A stretch of 64,000 nt of DNA. It comes from an uncultured Candidatus Rokubacteria bacterium (GTDB lineage: Bacteria; Methylomirabilota; Methylomirabilia; Rokubacteriales; CSP1-6). Numbering within the stretch: position 1 is the stretch's first letter; the number at the start of each line of letters is the position of its first letter. The DNA lies in NCBI GenBank assembly GCA_963747235.1, contig CAVVEU010000013.1, positions 32,001 to 96,000 on the forward strand, given 5' to 3'. Shown one piece after another: positions 31,767-43,581 of the stretch. Made by a program: the position numbers and the translations under genes. Under the pieces are notes generated by a model. The model did no database searches and was not told where the DNA came from. It saw only the letters and a program-made list of their open reading frames with translations.

Positions 31767-32870
31767 CTAGAGCCCCATCAGCGCGTTCCACTCCTTCACG
31801 AAGCCCGCGTGGCTGGCCTGGAAGTCCACCCAGTCGGTGGGGAAGAGCAGCTTGAAGTCGGCCAGCTTCTTGCCCGTCGCCATCGGCGGGGCGTCGTTCT
31901 TGACCGAGCCGTAGAGCAGGATGGTCTGCGTCTGGTTCACCGCCTGGCCGCGGTTGGAGATGGCCCAGTCCAGGAAGAGCTTGGCCGCTTCCGGGTGCGG
32001 CGCCTTGTTGACGACCCCGATGAGGGCCGGGGTGGCGGGCAGCCCGTCCGGCGGCGCGACGAACTCGATGTCCGCGCCCTTCTCCTTGAAGAGCGTGTAG
32101 CCCGCGTACTCCGCCAGCCCACAGATGCGGTCGTCGCCCTTGGCGAGCCGGTCGAAGAGCTGGGCCCGCGCGTCGAATCCGCGCGGCCGGAGCTTGCCGA
32201 ACTCCTGCCAGAAGTCCGCCCCGTAGAGCTTGCGCAGCATGTACCACTGCATGTGCTGCATCCCGGAGGTGGACAGCTTGGCGCTCATGCCGTCCTTGTG
32301 GATGGGATTGAGCATGTCCTTCCACGTCTTCGGCGCCTGCTCGGGCTTGACCTTGGACTTGTTGTACGAGATGCCCGCGAAGGTGACGCCCATCCAGGTG
32401 AAGTAGCCGCCGGGCGTGCTCTGGTACGGCGCCTTGTACGACGCCTGCTCGGGCGAGACGTACTGCTCGTAGCCGCCCTTCTTCTGGAAGTCGATGGCGG
32501 GCGAGATGTCGGAGAGCTGGAGCACGTCCACCCCGTAGCGGCCCGCGGAGCGCTCGGCGGTGACCTTCGCGTAGAGCGCGCCGGTCTGGGCCCGCACGTA
32601 GCTGGTCTTGATCTTGGGGAAGTCCTTCCGGAAGGCGTCCAGCAGGGCCGCGATCCCGGCCTCGCCGTCGTGGCTGTAGTAGACGACCTCGCCCTCCGCT
32701 TCGGCCTTGGCGACGTCCGCGCCGGTCATGAAGTCGAGGACCTTGGTGCTCTTCACCGGGGTCTGCGCGGCGGCCGGCGCGACCCGACCCAGCAGGGGGG
32801 TGGCGGCCAGGGCGGCCCCGGCCTTCAAGATGTCGCGGCGAGTGATCGGCTGCGGCTGGTGCTCGGACAT
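31767..32870 (-). CDS. ABC substrate-binding protein (FbpA/AfuA class), Tat signal
   Basis: GGAGG RBS before MSEHQPQPITRRDILK; AEAEGEVVYY, YNK..APKTWKDM, APHPEAAKLFLDW. Confidence 0.92.
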   Translation of the reverse strand: MSEHQPQPITRRDILKAGAALAATPLLGRVAPAAAQTPVKSTKVLDFMTGADVAKAEAEGEVVYYSHDGEAGIAALLDAFRKDFPKIKTSYVRAQTGALYAKVTAERSAGRYGVDVLQLSDISPAIDFQKKGGYEQYVSPEQASYKAPYQSTPGGYFTWMGVTFAGISYNKSKVKPEQAPKTWKDMLNPIHKDGMSAKLSTSGMQHMQWYMLRKLYGADFWQEFGKLRPRGFDARAQLFDRLAKGDDRICGLAEYAGYTLFKEKGADIEFVAPPDGLPATPALIGVVNKAPHPEAAKLFLDWAISNRGQAVNQTQTILLYGSVKNDAPPMATGKKLADFKLLFPTDWVDFQASHAGFVKEWNALMGL

Positions 32871-32997
32871 GTGGGTGCGTCCTCCTCGACGGGGTTGTGG
32901 CCGGCATCCTCGCCGGCGCGTGACCCCGGTAGCATAAGCCAGGTCGGCGCGGTGAGGCCCCGTTTTCGCGGGTGCGGGCGGTGCGCCGGGTGGGGCG

Positions 32998-33008
32998 AAG
33001 GTCCAATA
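32998..33008 (+). promoter_or_regulatory. AAGGTCCAATA motif (candidate transcription-factor half-site)
   Basis: Exact copy of 19018-19028, at a similar distance (about 65-70 nt) from the start codon of a related gene. Confidence 0.6.
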
Positions 33009-33073
33009 GGCGCGCGCGGGCCCCTCGGCCAGACTGGATGAGGAGCGACGAGTCGATCGGCCGAGGAGAGAAT

Positions 33074-34120
33074 ATGCGCTACGACGCACTGCTTGTCATG
33101 GTGGGCCTGTTGTTCTCGGCGAGCCCGGCCTCCGCTCAGATCAGCATCGGCATTGGACTTCCGAGCGTGAGCATCGGGATCAACCTGCCGTCGTACCCCG
33201 AGCTCGTGGTGGTGCCGGACTATCCCGTCTACTACGCCCCGCGAGGGGACGTGAACCTGTTCTTCTACGACGGCATGTACTGGGCATACGAGCGGGACAA
33301 CTGGTACGCGAGCACCTGGTACAACGGCCCCTGGGGGCTGGTGGGCCCGGAGTACATCCCGGTGTTCGTGCTGCGCATACCCGTTCGGTACTATCGCCAT
33401 CCGCCGGTCGCATGGGTCTCATGGGGGCGCGAGGCGCCGCCACGCTGGGGCGAGCGCTGGGGCCACGACTGGGAGCAGCGTCGAAGCGGATGGGACCGGT
33501 GGGACCGTCGCGCTCCTCACGCACCCGCCCCGCTGCCGGCTTACCAGCGGCAGTATTCCGGGAAGCGGTATCCCCAGGTGGAGCGGCAGCAAGCGCTGCA
33601 GCGTGAGCAGTATCGCTATCAGCCGCAAGACCCCGTCGTGCGGCAGGTTCAGCAGGACCGCAGGCAGCAGGACGGTAACAAGGGCAACCAGGAGAACAAG
33701 GGCAACCGGGACACCAAGGGCAATCAGGCCAACCAGCGTCCCAGCCCGCCGCCTCAGCCGAATGCGCCGGCCGTCCGGCAGCAGGACGAGCGCCGGCAGC
33801 AGGACAAGGATAGCCAGCGCTCCAAGGCGCCCGCGCCGCCGCAGGCCGTTCAGAAGGCGGCCCCAGCGCCGGCCCCGGTTCCCCAGGCCGTTCCCGCCGT
33901 GCAGCAGAAGGCGCCTGCTCCGCTGCCTGTTCCCGCCATTCAGGAGAAGCAGCCGCCGCCGAGGCCGGCGCCGGTTCGGCAGGAGCGATCCGCTCCGAAG
34001 TCCGAGGACAGGCAGGATCGCAAGGGCGACGCGCAGGAGCAGGGTCGAGGGCAGGAGAAGGGGCAGGAGCGCGGGGATCGCGGTCAGGAGCAGGAGCGAG
34101 GTCAGGGCCGCAACAAGTAG
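33074..34120 (+). CDS. Secreted Pro/Trp-rich protein (same family as 19098-19580) with long Q/P/E/R low-complexity tail
   Basis: AGGAG RBS, signal peptide, YPELVVVP..VYYAP..NLFFYDGMYW..WYNGPW. Confidence 0.82.
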   Translation: MRYDALLVMVGLLFSASPASAQISIGIGLPSVSIGINLPSYPELVVVPDYPVYYAPRGDVNLFFYDGMYWAYERDNWYASTWYNGPWGLVGPEYIPVFVLRIPVRYYRHPPVAWVSWGREAPPRWGERWGHDWEQRRSGWDRWDRRAPHAPAPLPAYQRQYSGKRYPQVERQQALQREQYRYQPQDPVVRQVQQDRRQQDGNKGNQENKGNRDTKGNQANQRPSPPPQPNAPAVRQQDERRQQDKDSQRSKAPAPPQAVQKAAPAPAPVPQAVPAVQQKAPAPLPVPAIQEKQPPPRPAPVRQERSAPKSEDRQDRKGDAQEQGRGQEKGQERGDRGQEQERGQGRNK

Positions 34121-34713
34121 TCGTCAGCACAACCCGAAGCCCATCAACGAGATCGTGACGGAGAAGTTCGTCACGGATCCCGTGCGGATCGCCCTCGAGG
34201 CGGCCTCGGCCCCTCTTCACGGCCGAGCCGCTCTCGCAGCTTTCTCGCGCGCCCGCTACGCGGGCGTGACGGCGGCGATCGACTCGGCGGCGGCGACCCG
34301 CACGCGGTCCAGCTCGGCCTCGAGCAGGGCAAGGCGGCCTTCGAGCTCTGTCGCCGCCGAAGCCGCGCCTGCGGGCGCGCTCGTCTGACCTCCTCCAGCT
34401 CGGGCTTCAGGATGGTCTGCGCGCAATTCGGGCATACGCCGACGTTGGCGCCATCTCCGCCTGCAGCGACACGACCCCTACGCCGACGCTGACCCGGGGC
34501 TCCGGGCTGCGCCCGGGGGGTCAGCGCGCGATCGGCGGGACGCGGCTACCGGACTTGGATCGTCTTCTTCTTGTCGAGCCCCCCCCCAACGACCAAGCTC
34601 CCGGGTGTTCAAAGCGGGACAGACTTCATGGGACGAAACGCGTATGAATAGGAACACATAGTGTGCGACGCGACGGTAGCAGATAGGGTAACCGGATTCG
34701 ACGGAGGGCGGCG

Positions 34714-35367
34714 ATGGGACGCAAGCAGCCGGCTGGATTCGACGCGAAGGCGTTCCTCACGAAGGCCGGCACGGGACGATCGGCCTTCCCCTACCGGAAG
34801 AAGCAGGTGATCTTCACCCAGGGCGACGCCGCGGACGCCGTGTTCTACCTCGAGCGAGGCCAGGTCAAGCTGACCGTGGTCTCCGAGCGGGGGAAATCGG
34901 CGGTCGTCGCCATGCTCGCTCGCGGTGACTTCTTCGGCGAAGGGTGTCTCGCCGGCCAGCCCCTCCGGATGGCCACCGCGTCGGCGATGACCGACGTCTC
35001 GATCGTGCGCGTCGAGCGGCAGGCCATGGTCGGGCTGCTCCACGACCCGTCGCTGTTCTCCGAGCGCTTCATGGCCCACCTGCTGGCCCGCAACGTGCGC
35101 TTCGAGGAAGACCTGGTGGATCAGCTCTTCAACTCGAGCGAGAAGCGCCTGGCGCGGGTGCTCTTGCTGCTGGCGCGCTTCGGCAAGGAAGGGAAGACCG
35201 AGCCGGTCATTCCGAAGATCAGCCAGGAAATCCTGGCGGAGATGGTCGGGACGACCCGGCCGCGGATCAGCGGGTTCATGAACAAGTTCCGGAAGCTGGG
35301 CTTCATCGAATACAACGGGGGCCTGCACATTCACAGCTCCCTTCTCAACGTCCTTCTGCACGGGTAG
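34714..35367 (+). CDS. Crp/Fnr family transcriptional regulator
   Basis: IFTQGD, GDFFGEGCL cNMP domain; SQEILAEMVGTTRPRIS HTH. Confidence 0.95.
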   Translation: MGRKQPAGFDAKAFLTKAGTGRSAFPYRKKQVIFTQGDAADAVFYLERGQVKLTVVSERGKSAVVAMLARGDFFGEGCLAGQPLRMATASAMTDVSIVRVERQAMVGLLHDPSLFSERFMAHLLARNVRFEEDLVDQLFNSSEKRLARVLLLLARFGKEGKTEPVIPKISQEILAEMVGTTRPRISGFMNKFRKLGFIEYNGGLHIHSSLLNVLLHG

Positions 35368-35377
35368 ATGTCAGAGG

Positions 35378-37065
35378 ATGAGCACCGGCCCGGTAAGACA
35401 TGCGGATCAGTCGGCTGAGCCGACGGCCACCCTCGCGGAACGTGGACGTTCGCTCTGCGCTCTCGACCCGCGCCGCCGCGGCTGCCCGACTCCGAAGGGC
35501 TGGACCGGGCGCTGGCGGTGCTCGCCCGGGAGATGACCGAGAACCCCCGCAGCATGCTCCAGCGCCTGGTCGAGACGGCTCTGGACCTGTGTCGAGCCGA
35601 TACGGCCGGTCTCAGCCTGGTCGAAGGGAACGTGTTCCGATGGGAAGCGGTGGCGGGCGAATTCGCATCGTATCGCGACGGTACGATGCCCCGGGCGGCC
35701 AGCCCGTGCGGCGTGTGCATCGACGAGAACGTGACCCACCTCATGCATCTGCCGGATCGCTGTTTTCCGGCCCTGCGGGCTGAGCCGCGCTTCGTCGAGG
35801 TCTTGCTCATTCCGTTCCAGGTGCGCGGCCGACCCGTCGGGACGGTGTGGGTCGTCAGCCACACCGATGACCGGAAGTTCGACCGGGAGGACGAGCGGGT
35901 CGTCCGGACGCTCGCTCAGTTCGCGGCGGCGGGCTGGCAGCTCTGGAACGCCCTCGAGGCCGCCGAGGAGGCGAATCGGCGCAAGGACGAGTTCGTGGCG
36001 ATGGTCGGCCACGAGCTGCGGAACCCGCTGGCCGCCATCTGCAACGCGGCCCACGTCCTGCAGGAGGCGGACACGGCGGGGCACGCCACCGCGGTGCAGG
36101 TGGTCGCTCGGCAGTCGCAGCATCTCGCGCGGGTGGCCGACGATCTGCTCGACCTCTCCCGGATCGGCCGGGGCAAGCTCGAGCTTCAGATCGGGCCCAT
36201 CGAGCTTCAAGCCGTGGTGGCCGCCGCCGTCGAGACGACGCAGTCGCAGATCGCGCGCCGCGGGCAGACCTTATCGGTTGAGCTGCCGGGCGCGCCGCTG
36301 TGGCTCATGGGTGACGCCGTCCGTCTTTCCCAGCTCGTCGCGAATCTCCTGGACAATGCGGCCAAGTACACTCCTCCCGGCGGCCGGATCTCGGTCAGCG
36401 CTCGATCGGCCGGCGGCCGGATCGAGATCGTCGGTGCGGGACACGGGGATCGGGATTCCCGCGGACGAAGCTGAGCGCCGTCTTCGACCTGTTCGCCCAG
36501 CTCGACTCCTCGGCGGGGGGCCTGGGACTGGGCCTCGCGCTGGTGCGGGACCTGGCGGAGCGGCACGGAGGCAGCGTGGAGGCCACGAGCGAGGGGCCCG
36601 GGCTGGGCAGCCAGTTCACCGTGCGATTGCCGGGCCTGCCGGCCCCGCCTTCGCCGCCGTCGGTGATGCGCGACGGCGATACCGAGTCCTCGACGCCTTC
36701 TCATCGTCGAGGATCATCCGGACGTGGCCGAGAGCCTGGCCCTGATACTGCGATGCGACGATCACGAGGTCCGGATCGCCCACGACGGTCCGGCCGCGCT
36801 CCAGGTGCTGAACAAGTTCAAGCCGGATGTGGTGCTGCTCGATGTGGGCCTGCCCGGGATGGATGGTTACCAGGTGGCTCGTCGGATGCGCGAGGAAGTG
36901 CTCGAGTCCAGGCTGACCATCATCGCGCTGAGCGGGTATGGTCAGACGGAGGATCACAGCCAGTCCATGGAAGCGGGTTGCGACGCGCATCTGGTCAAGC
37001 CGGTGCATCCGAGCGTGCTGCGCAGCATGCTCGGCGCGCAGGTACCGAGCATGTCTTCGATTTGA
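35378..37065 (+). CDS. Hybrid GAF-sensor histidine kinase/response regulator (frameshifted)
   Basis: GAF (SPCGVC, EVLLIPF), H-box [30 protein letters not shown], receiver [17 protein letters not shown]. Confidence 0.88.
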
Positions 37066-37319
37066 ATGATGGACGGCTTGTTTCGGATTGTGATCGGTGG
37101 CTCTGGGGTTATTATTCGTCTGGTGGCTCTGCGGCCCGGCCGGTCAGCGGGGCGGGTCGGCGCGCCAGGAGGGAAACGAGGCCAGGGAGAGCGAGGCCCA
37201 CGTCGACGTCCAGGGCCGGTAACCCGAACAGAGGGAGCAGCCATTCGACCTGAAATCGCACCGGAATCTTCCGAGCAGACCGGCTCCGCGCGACCCCGGA
37301 GCGGGCGGGGAGGGCTGAG

Positions 37320-39129
37320 GTGAGACTGCGCGACCTGGCTCGCCGGGCGACGGGCCGGCCGACGAAGCTCATGCTGGCGAACCGGCTGCGCTTCGAGACC
37401 CTCCTCTCGGCGCTGTCCGCCGGGTTGATTCACGTCAGCGCCCCCGACACCGAGGTGGCGATCAAGCGCGCGCTCCAGCAGGTCGTCACGTTCCTGGGCG
37501 TGGATCGAGGCGGTCTCGACGAGCACGCTGGACGGCAGGCCGGGGCTCCGCCTCTCGTGGGCGCGGCCGGGTCTCGAGAAGCCGCCGCCGGTCACGCGCC
37601 GACGACCAGTTCCCCTGGGTCGTCGGCGAGACTGCGGGAAGGGGAGGTCGTCCGATTCTCTCGGCTCGCCGAGCTTCCCGAGGCGGCGGCGCTCGATCGG
37701 GCCAGCTTCGAGCGCGTGGGCACGCGCTCGAAGGTGTTGATCCCCCTGCGCGCCGGGGGACCCATCCTCGGCGTGCTCTCCTTCGCCTCCGTTCGCGACG
37801 GCCACGCCTGGCCGGACGACCTGGTGGAGCGGCTCCGCCTCCTGAGCGAGGCCTTCGCCGGGCGTCCTGGACCGCCGGCGGATGGAGCTCTCGCTCGCCG
37901 AGCGCCTGCGCTTCGAGAAGCTCCTGTCCTCCCTGGCCGCCGCGTTCAGCCATCTGTCGGCCGCCGATTTCGATCCGGCGGTCCAGCGCGGGCTTCGCCA
38001 GGTCGTCGATTTCCTGGGGGTCGATCGCGGCAGCCTGATCGAGTTCACGCGGGACGGCATCGCCACCCGTTCGTGGGCGGTCGAGGAATGGATGGACGTG
38101 GGCGAGTTCCCGTGGATGACGGCGCGGCTGCAGCGCGGCGAGGTCATCAACGTGTCGCAGATCGAGGAGCTTCCCGGACGAGGCGGCGGTGGATCGGCAG
38201 AGCTATCTCGTGCAACCGGGTCAAGCCGCAGGTCGCGGTGCCCCTGCTGGTGAGCGGGATCGTGGTGGGCGGGCTGATCTTCAGCACGGTCGGCGCCGAG
38301 CGCGCGAAGTCGGAGGAGCTGATCCAGCAGCTCCACCTCCTGGGCGAGGTCTTCGCCAACGCGCTGTCGCGCAAGCAGGGGGAGCTCGAGGCGCAGCGGC
38401 TCCGGCAGGATCTGACCCACATCGGCCGGGTCTCGGCCCTGGGCGAGCTGACCGCGTCGCTGGCCCACGAGCTGAGCCAGCCGCTGACCGCGATCCTCAG
38501 CAACGCGCAGGCGGCCCAGCGCCTCCTCGACGGCCGACGTCGTGGATCTCGACAAGGTGCGCGAGATCCTGAGCGACATCGTGGCGGACGACAAGCGGGC
38601 GGCGGCCGTGATCAACGGACTGCGCGCCCTGATCAAGAAGGGGGACACCGAGTTCGTCGCGCTCGACCTCAACGAGATCGTCGGGGCGGTGGCGTGGCTC
38701 ATGAGAAGCGACACGATCATGCGCAACGTCTCGATGAGCCTCGAGCTCGCCGTCGGACCTGCCGACGGTGCGCGGCGACCGGGTCCAGCTCCAGCAGGTG
38801 GTGCTGAACCTGGTGCTCAACGGCCTCGAGGCCATGCGGGAGCCCCACGCGGGGCGCGCACCCTCGTCATCCGGACGGCCCGGGACGGCCCGGCCGCGCG
38901 TCCGGGTCACGGTCGCAGGACCCGGGGCCCGGCATCGACCAGAAGGATCTCGACGCAGCATCTTCGAGCCGCTCTACACGACCAAGACCGAGGGCCTGGG
39001 TATGGGCCTGGCCATCGTGCGCACCATCGTCGACGCGCACGGCGGCGCGGTGGGGGCCGAGAACAATCCGGAGGGCGGGGCGACGTCTCCAGTTCACGCT
39101 GCCGGTGAACCGGGAGGGCAGAGCGATGA
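37320..39129 (+). CDS. Tandem-GAF sensor histidine kinase, FixL/NodV-like kinase core (frameshifted)
   Basis: Two RLRFExLL..GVDRG GAF-like repeats; [35 protein letters not shown]. Confidence 0.87.
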
Positions 39130-39782
39130 CGGCGGCCTCGCCGCTGGTCTTCGTCGTGGACGACGACCCCTCCGTCCGGAAGAGCCTGACTCGGTTGCTG
39201 GAGTCGGCCGGCTACACGGTCGAGGCGTTCGCGTCGGCCCGGGAGTTCCTCGCGCGCGAGCCGCACGCCGGCCCGTGCTGCCTGGTGCTGGACGTGCGGA
39301 TGCCCGGCCTGACCGGGATCGAGCTGCAGGAGATGCTGGCGGCCACCGGCCGCCGCATGTCCATCGTCTTCGTCACCGGCCACGCCGACGTCCCGACGAG
39401 CGTCAAGGCCATGAAGGCCGGGGCGGTCGATCTGCTCACCAAGCCGGTCGACGTCGAGGATCTCATCGCCGCGATCCAGCGAGCCGTGACGAGGGACGAG
39501 CACGATCGGGCCGCGAGACCCGCCTCGCGGAGATCCGGCGGCGCGTCGGACCTGCTGACCGCGCGCGAGACCGAGGTGTTCGCCCGCGTCGTGACGGGCA
39601 TGCTGAACAAGCAGATCGGCGCGGAGCTCGGCATCGGCGAGAAGACGGTCAAGGTGCACCGCGCCCGGGTCATGGAGAAGATGCAGGCGGGCTCGGTCGC
39701 CGAGCTGGTCCGGCTGGCCGACGAGGTGGGCGTGATCGTCCCCGGGAGCTCATTGGCCGCCGGGCGGACTCGGCCACCGTGA
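39126..39782 (+). CDS. FixJ/NodW-like response regulator (REC + LuxR HTH); 3' end uncertain
   Basis: [53 protein letters not shown]. Confidence 0.93.
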   Translation: MTAASPLVFVVDDDPSVRKSLTRLLESAGYTVEAFASAREFLAREPHAGPCCLVLDVRMPGLTGIELQEMLAATGRRMSIVFVTGHADVPTSVKAMKAGAVDLLTKPVDVEDLIAAIQRAVTRDEHDRAARPASRRSGGASDLLTARETEVFARVVTGMLNKQIGAELGIGEKTVKVHRARVMEKMQAGSVAELVRLADEVGVIVPGSSLAAGRTRPP

Positions 39783-40162
39783 CGGCCGACGCGCTCGTCC
39801 TGGTGTGGGTGAGCGAGACGGCGATGGCGCTCAGGCGATAACGGGCGAGCAGCTCCAGGGCCCTCGGGCCGCACACGATACGCGGCGCGCCGTAGCCGTC
39901 GAGCGCGACCGAGAAGTCCTCGGGGCCGATCAACCCCCGCGCGGTCTCACGCGGGAAGAGCTTGAGGCAGGCTTCCTTGGCCGCCAGCCGGGCGGCGAGG
40001 TCTGGCCGCCCGGCTCGGTCCTTCCCCGACGTCGCTCAGCTCCACCCTCGAGAAGAGCTCGATCAGGTCTTCGGTGGGTGTGCGTAGGAGCAAGCGCTCG
40101 ACGCGTGCGATCTCCCCGGTGTCGAGGCCGCAGCGAGTGAGGGGCCTGGTGATGTCCGCCAT
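39750..40162 (-). CDS. acpS: Holo-[acyl-carrier-protein] synthase (frameshifted; end approximate)
   Basis: [31 protein letters not shown] motifs across three frames. Confidence 0.8.
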
Positions 40163-41450
40163 CACGGGGCGTCGCCGGCCGCGGCTCGGAAGACGAGCGC
40201 GGTGTTGGACCCGCCGAAGCCCCGGTTCAGGACGAGCGCCACATCACTGCGGAGCGCCTGGGGCAGGGCGGACACCGGCAGGCTCCCGACGTCGGGATCC
40301 GACTGGCGCAGGGTCGCCACGCCGGGCACGACGCGGTGGCGCAGGGCCGCCAGGGCCAGCACGCTGTCCAGGATGCCCGAAGCGGCGAGGGGATGGCCGA
40401 AGGCCCACTTGAACGCGGTGACGGGCGGGGTGGCGTCACCGAACACCCGGCGGATGGCCAGCGCTTCGGATGCGTCGGATGCCCGGGTGGCGCTGCCGTG
40501 CGCGACGATCATCCCGACCTCGGCCGGGCGCAGCGCGGCGTCGTCGAGCGCGAGCGCGATCGCGTCCGCGAGCCCGTCGCCGTCGGCGCGGATGGGCAGC
40601 AACCCTTCCGCCTCCGACGGAGCACCCGCTGCCGAGGAACTCGCCGAAGACCGTGGCGTCGGCGCTCGGCCGCGGCCTTCTCCGTCTCGAGAAACAGCGC
40701 GCCGGCCCCTTCGCCCAGCACGCTGCCGCTGCGCCGGACGTCGAAGGGCCACAAGCCATCCGCGCTGAGGAGTCCGAGCTGATGGTAGTAGAGGACCATC
40801 TGGGGCTCGATTGGCGCATCGTGCCCGACCGCCAGCGCGCGATCGGCCTCGCCGGCGCGCAGCGCCGCGGCCGCCTCCGCGATCGCCAGGGATCCGCTCA
40901 CGCTGTGGTTCGTCAGGCAGGCATTCGGCCCTTTCAGGCCGTGGCGGATGCCGACGTGGCACAGGACGTTGTTGGGCATGGACCGCAGGAGCCACATCGG
41001 ATTCACGGTGGCGGTGAGCTCACGGCCGAAGGCCCGGAGATCTCCGTTCGCGGCGGTGAGGAGCGGGAAGAACTCGTACTCGTTCTGGTAGCTGCCCCCG
41101 CCCATGCCGACGTAGACGCCGGTGCGGTCATTGACCGTGCCCGCGGCAGCGGCTTCCAGGCCCTTGCGGTAGGCGACGAATCCGGAATCGTCGAGGGCCC
41201 GGGCGGCCGCGTACAGGCCGAGGAGGTCGCTGCGCTGGAGCAGCCGGTGGAGCTTGCGATCCTCCACCAGGGCGCGCGGATCCAATCCGGTGATCTGGCC
41301 GGCCAGTGAGGTCGGCCAGATCGATGTGTCCCACTGCTGGATGGGCCGGACCGCGGATCGGCCGGTCCACACCGCACCCCAGATCTCCCCTGGAGACTTG
41401 CCGGCGGCGCAGATGGCGCCGGTCCCGGTCACGACCACCCGGACGCTCAC
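40162..41450 (-). CDS. Beta-ketoacyl-ACP synthase-like protein with Ser at the catalytic Cys position (one frameshifted stretch)
   Basis: VVVTGTG, GPNACLTNHSVSG, PFD..GEGAG, HGSAT, KWAFGHPLAASG, NRGFGGSN. Confidence 0.88.
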
Positions 41451-42748
41451 CCGTCGACCTCTTCCGGATTCCGGAGGGCGAGGCAGCTGTTGGAGCCGCC
41501 GAAGCCGAAGGAGTTGGAGAGGGCGACCCGGATTCGCCGTGCCCGGGGCTTGTCGCGCACGAAGTCGAGATCGCACTCCGGGTCCGGCGTCGTCAGGTTC
41601 GCGTTCACCGGCAGGACGCTCGTGATGGATCGCCAGGGCGCAGACGACCGCCTCGACCGCGCCGGCACCCGCGATGAGGTGGCCCATGAGGCTCTTCGTC
41701 GAGCTCACGCCGATCTGTCCGCGTGGGCGCCGAAGACCGCCCGGATCGCCGCGCATTCGCTCCGATCGTTCATGAGGGTGGACGTGCCGTGGGCGTTCAG
41801 GTAGTCGACCTCGTCCGGCCGGGCGCCGGCCGTCGTGAGGGCCTGGCGTATCGCCTGGATCGGACCGTCACCGGACGGGATGCGGATCCGTGATGCGGTA
41901 GCTGCTGAGCGAGTTGCCGTCTCCGGCCAGCTCGGCGTAGATGCGCGCCCCGCGCCGGCGGGCCGTGTTCCATTCCTCGAGGACGAGCAGGCCGGCGCCC
42001 TCCCCGAGGACGAAGCCGTTGCGGGTGGCGTCGAAGGGGCGGCTGGCGCGCTCCGGTGTCTCGTTGTCGGGTGAGAGGGCACCGAGCAGGCAGAAGCTCG
42101 CCAGGCCGATCGGATGGATCATGGAGTCGAAGCCGCCGGCCAGGACGTGGTCGGCGGTGCCGCGCCGGATCAGCTTCATGGCCGTCCCGACGGCCTGACT
42201 GCCTGAGGCGCAGGCGGTGTGGACCGAGGTGGCGTAGCCGCGGATCCCGAAGCGGTGGAGCGAGGATGGCCAGCCCGGCGCTGGTCTGGCTCCGCTGGAA
42301 GGCCAGGGGATCCATCGCGAAGCCATCGGTCAGCAGCCGCTCCGGGTGGAAGGTGCCGTCGGGGGCGCAGTGGCGGTGCACCTCGACGAGCTCGCCGAAT
42401 CCGAGGCCCGCCTTGCCGCTTCCCACCACGCAGGCCCAGCGCGTCGCGTCACTGGCCTTCGGCCGGATCCCGGCATCGCGCAGCGCCTCCTCGGCCGCGA
42501 CGAGGGCGATCGCGTGCGAGCGGTCGGCGAGCCGCAGGAGCTTGCGGTCTTCGATGACGTGGCGAGGGTCGAACCCTTTCACCTCGGCGGCGATGTGTAC
42601 CGGAAAGCCGCCGGCTTCGAAGTGGGTGATCGGTGCCACCCCGCTGCGGCCGGCGAGGAGCGCCTTCCAGGTGGCGGCGACGTCGTTCCCGAGCGGGGTC
42701 ACGAGACCCAGCCCGGTGATGGCGACGCGGCGCGGGTGTCTTCGTCAT
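41447..42748 (-). CDS. fabF: Beta-ketoacyl-ACP synthase II (frameshifted)
   Basis: RVAITGLG, TACASG, SRPFD..GFVLGEGAG, NAHGTST, KSLMGH, SNSFGFGG. Confidence 0.92.
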
Positions 42749-43581
42749 GCCCGCTCCTGCGAGGCGATCTCGATCCGCGCGGTGGCGACCCGCTGCCCCT
42801 CCACGATCGCGGCCAGAGTCAGCTCGGCCGCCGCGTCCGTCGCCGACCGCATCCCCGCTTCGATCTCCACCGCGATGCCGGGGAGGATGAACGAGCGCAT
42901 CTTCACGTCGGCCACGCGGGCAGGTCGCAGCCGCCGGCCCGGCGGTAGCGCCTCCGCGGCGAGCCGCAGGGCCAGGCGGATCTGGGCGTCGAGCAGGAGT
43001 GACGCTGGAAAGACGGGGCGGCGCGGGAAGTGATCGCCGAAGAAGGGCGCGGACGTCGGGACGTGTAGGGTGGCGCGCAGCCGCCGGCCGGGGATGTGGT
43101 CGATCAGCGAGAGATCCGGCGCCGTGATCCCCGGGAAGCGACCCGGCCGCGCGCCGGGTCCGCAGAGCGTCTCGAAATCTCCCCGCACCGCCTCCGGAGC
43201 ATCGAAGTCCTCGAGCGGCAGCATCGGCCCCACGCACCCGCCCAGCTCGAGGATGTGCGTGTCCGCGACGCTCGCCCAGCCGCTGTAGGCGACGGCGTCC
43301 GGATCGCAGCGCTCGATGTCCACGCCGAGCTCGAGCACCGCGCCCGGCGCCACCTCCGCGAGGATTTGCGTCTCCCGGGACAACGCCGCCACGGGCCGCC
43401 GCTGGAACCCGGCCTGGGCCATGGCCACCCAGCAGGCGAGCTGTCCGACGGCCTCTACTACCAGACAGGGCGGGAACGCGGGGAGGGTCGCGGGGATCGC
43501 GAAGCGGGCCCGGGCCCGGATGCCCGCCTCGAGCGACGTGATCCGATCCACGAACGAGAAGGCGCTGAAGCGATCGGGCAT
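42745..43581 (-). CDS. Double hotdog-fold (FabA/FabZ-like) hydroxyacyl-ACP dehydratase
   Basis: FSFVDRI..EAVGQL first domain; FFGDHFPRRPVFPASLLL..FILPG second domain. Confidence 0.85.
   Translation of the reverse strand: MPDRFSAFSFVDRITSLEAGIRARARFAIPATLPAFPPCLVVEAVGQLACWVAMAQAGFQRRPVAALSRETQILAEVAPGAVLELGVDIERCDPDAVAYSGWASVADTHILELGGCVGPMLPLEDFDAPEAVRGDFETLCGPGARPGRFPGITAPDLSLIDHIPGRRLRATLHVPTSAPFFGDHFPRRPVFPASLLLDAQIRLALRLAAEALPPGRRLRPARVADVKMRSFILPGIAVEIEAGMRSATDAAAELTLAAIVEGQRVATARIEIASQERA

Noticed and set aside
34121-34713. Small minus-strand gene with CPNC and a coiled-coil-like stretch
   Set aside because: Fragments lie in different frames with no clear start; cannot be supported as a feature.
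37320-39782. Kinase-response regulator fusion suggested by the continuous frame [15 protein letters not shown]
   Set aside because: Removing one base gives the usual ATGA stop/start overlap at 39126-39129; likely an indel artefact.
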